This document shows positions 62,647-64,000 of a stretch of 64,000 bases of DNA, one piece after another; positions within the stretch are counted from its first letter, which is position 1; each line of letters opens with the position of its first letter. Location: NCBI GenBank assembly GCA_951406725.2, contig OX597822.1:97774001-97838000 (forward strand), given 5' to 3'. Below the pieces are notes generated by a model that saw only the letters and a list, made by a program, of their open reading frames with translations, was not told the DNA's origin and did no database searches. Source of the DNA: Octopus vulgaris. Taxonomy: Eukaryota. The translations under genes were made by a program, and so were the position numbers.

Positions 62647-62817
62647 GGATCTTTTCGGTTTGAACGGCAGTTTTTTAAAAATAATTTCCACGTAACTAAA
62701 CACTTTTAAACTTCGTATATTGGTAGAATGTGTTTATAAAACATCTTTTTCTCTTGGCTTTATTGAGAAAATTCTATAGTCTGTAAGATATTTGTTGCTT
62801 TTTTTCTTCAATTTCTG
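62647..62817. mobile_element. One-ended MITE fragment, GGATCTTTTC family
   Basis: Single TIR plus subterminal sequence, joined to a SINE. Confidence 0.8.
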
Positions 62818-62819
62818 CT

Positions 62820-63415
62820 GCTACGTTCTGAGTTCAAATTCCGCCGAGGTCGACTTTACCTTTCATTCTTTCGGATTCGATAAATTAAGTACCAGTTGCG
62901 TACTGAGGTCGATCTAATCGACTGTTCCCCTCCCCACAAATTTCGGGCCATGTGCCTAGAGTAGAAAAGAATTTTTAAGGCGGTGAGCCGGCAGAATCGT
63001 TGGCACGCCGGTCAAAATGCTCAGCAGCATTTCGTCTGTCTTTACGTTTTGAGTTCAAATTTAGCCGAATTCGATTTTGCCTTTCATCCTTTCGGGATCG
63101 ATAGATTAAGTACCAGTTCCGTACTGAGGGAGATCTAATCGACTGTTCCCCTCCCCGCAAATTTCGGGCCATGTGCCTAGAGTAGAAAATAATTTTTAAG
63201 GCGGTGAGCTGGCAGAATCGTTGGCACGCCGGTCAAAATGCTCAGCAGCATTTCGTCTGTCTTTACGTTTTGAGTTCAAATTTAGCCGAAGTCGATTTTG
63301 CCTTTCATTCTTCCGGGTTCGATAAATTAAGTACCAGTTGCGTACTCGGGTTGATCTAATCGACTGGCCTCCTCCCCCTCAAATTTCAGGCTTTGTGCCT
63401 AGAGTTGAAAAGAAT
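62820..63415 (+). mobile_element. Tandem array of about 2.7 SINE C-variant units with an alternative tail
   Basis: About 220-bp period; tail CCCCTCCCC.CAAATTTCGGGCCATGTGCCTAGAGTAGAAA. Confidence 0.85.
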
Positions 63416-63790
63416 ATTGCGGCCTGTAATACAATGGAGTCATTGGTTACTTGTTTCCAACGAGGCAAACATTAGTTTACGGCATTTCTGCAAGCGGGAA
63501 TCTGTATCTCGGCGGAGAAAAATATATTGCAGAGTACTTTGTTCTTTTTTCTTTGTTAATTAACATTTTTTATTTCCTGTTTTCCCTGTTATAATTGAAG
63601 ACAGCAGAGCCAGGGGACTGTGAAATCTTGTATAAAAGTAAATGGAAAATAGGACATTTTTCTTATTAAAAAAAAGAGAAGCAAGAAAAAGAAGAAAGAG
63701 CGAGTAATAAAAAAAAGACTACATACTACGATACATTCACTCGCCAATCACTCATAAAATTGAAATAGTTACGACAATTCTTGTAGGACG

Positions 63791-63833
<43 letters not shown>

Positions 63834-64000
63834 ATATATGTGTGTGTATATATATATGTGTGTGTGTATATATATATGTGTGTGTGTGTGTGTATATATA
63901 TATGTGTGTGTGTATGTTTATATATATATATATGTGTGTGTGTATGTTTATATATATATATATATGTGTGTGTGTATGTGTATATATGTATGTGTGTGTG
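63791..64000. repeat. (TA)n/(TG)n compound microsatellite
   Basis: Direct reading. Confidence 0.95.

Overview
AT-rich, repeat-dominated eukaryotic (animal) genomic DNA. The SINE repertoire and microsatellite load resemble an octopus/cephalopod genome (inference). No conserved host gene was recognised. Most of the window is transposon-derived: three high-copy tRNA-derived SINE families plus one single-copy family, two Helitron Rep/helicase relics (one with both termini), a full-span dead mariner, two degraded Tc1/mariner elements, a Penelope-like element, Tx1/L1-type LINE pieces, other LINE fragments and a family of GG...CC MITEs with 8-bp TSDs. Highlights: (1) Penelope-type minimal hammerhead-ribozyme motifs whose cores covary at the 3:8 pair (C-G, U-A, G-C), some in TSD-flanked fold-back mini-elements; (2) a SINE family sharing its 3' tail with a Tx1/L1 LINE and repeatedly sitting next to GGTATT; (3) two divergent orphan ORFs (39242-39694 minus, 46026-46598 plus), both starting with an N-myristoylation-type MGxxxS motif, the second with an LSPIIE motif, a flanking 50-bp direct repeat and a nearby CCAAT/X-box. 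Coordinates were read by eye and degraded boundaries are approximate.
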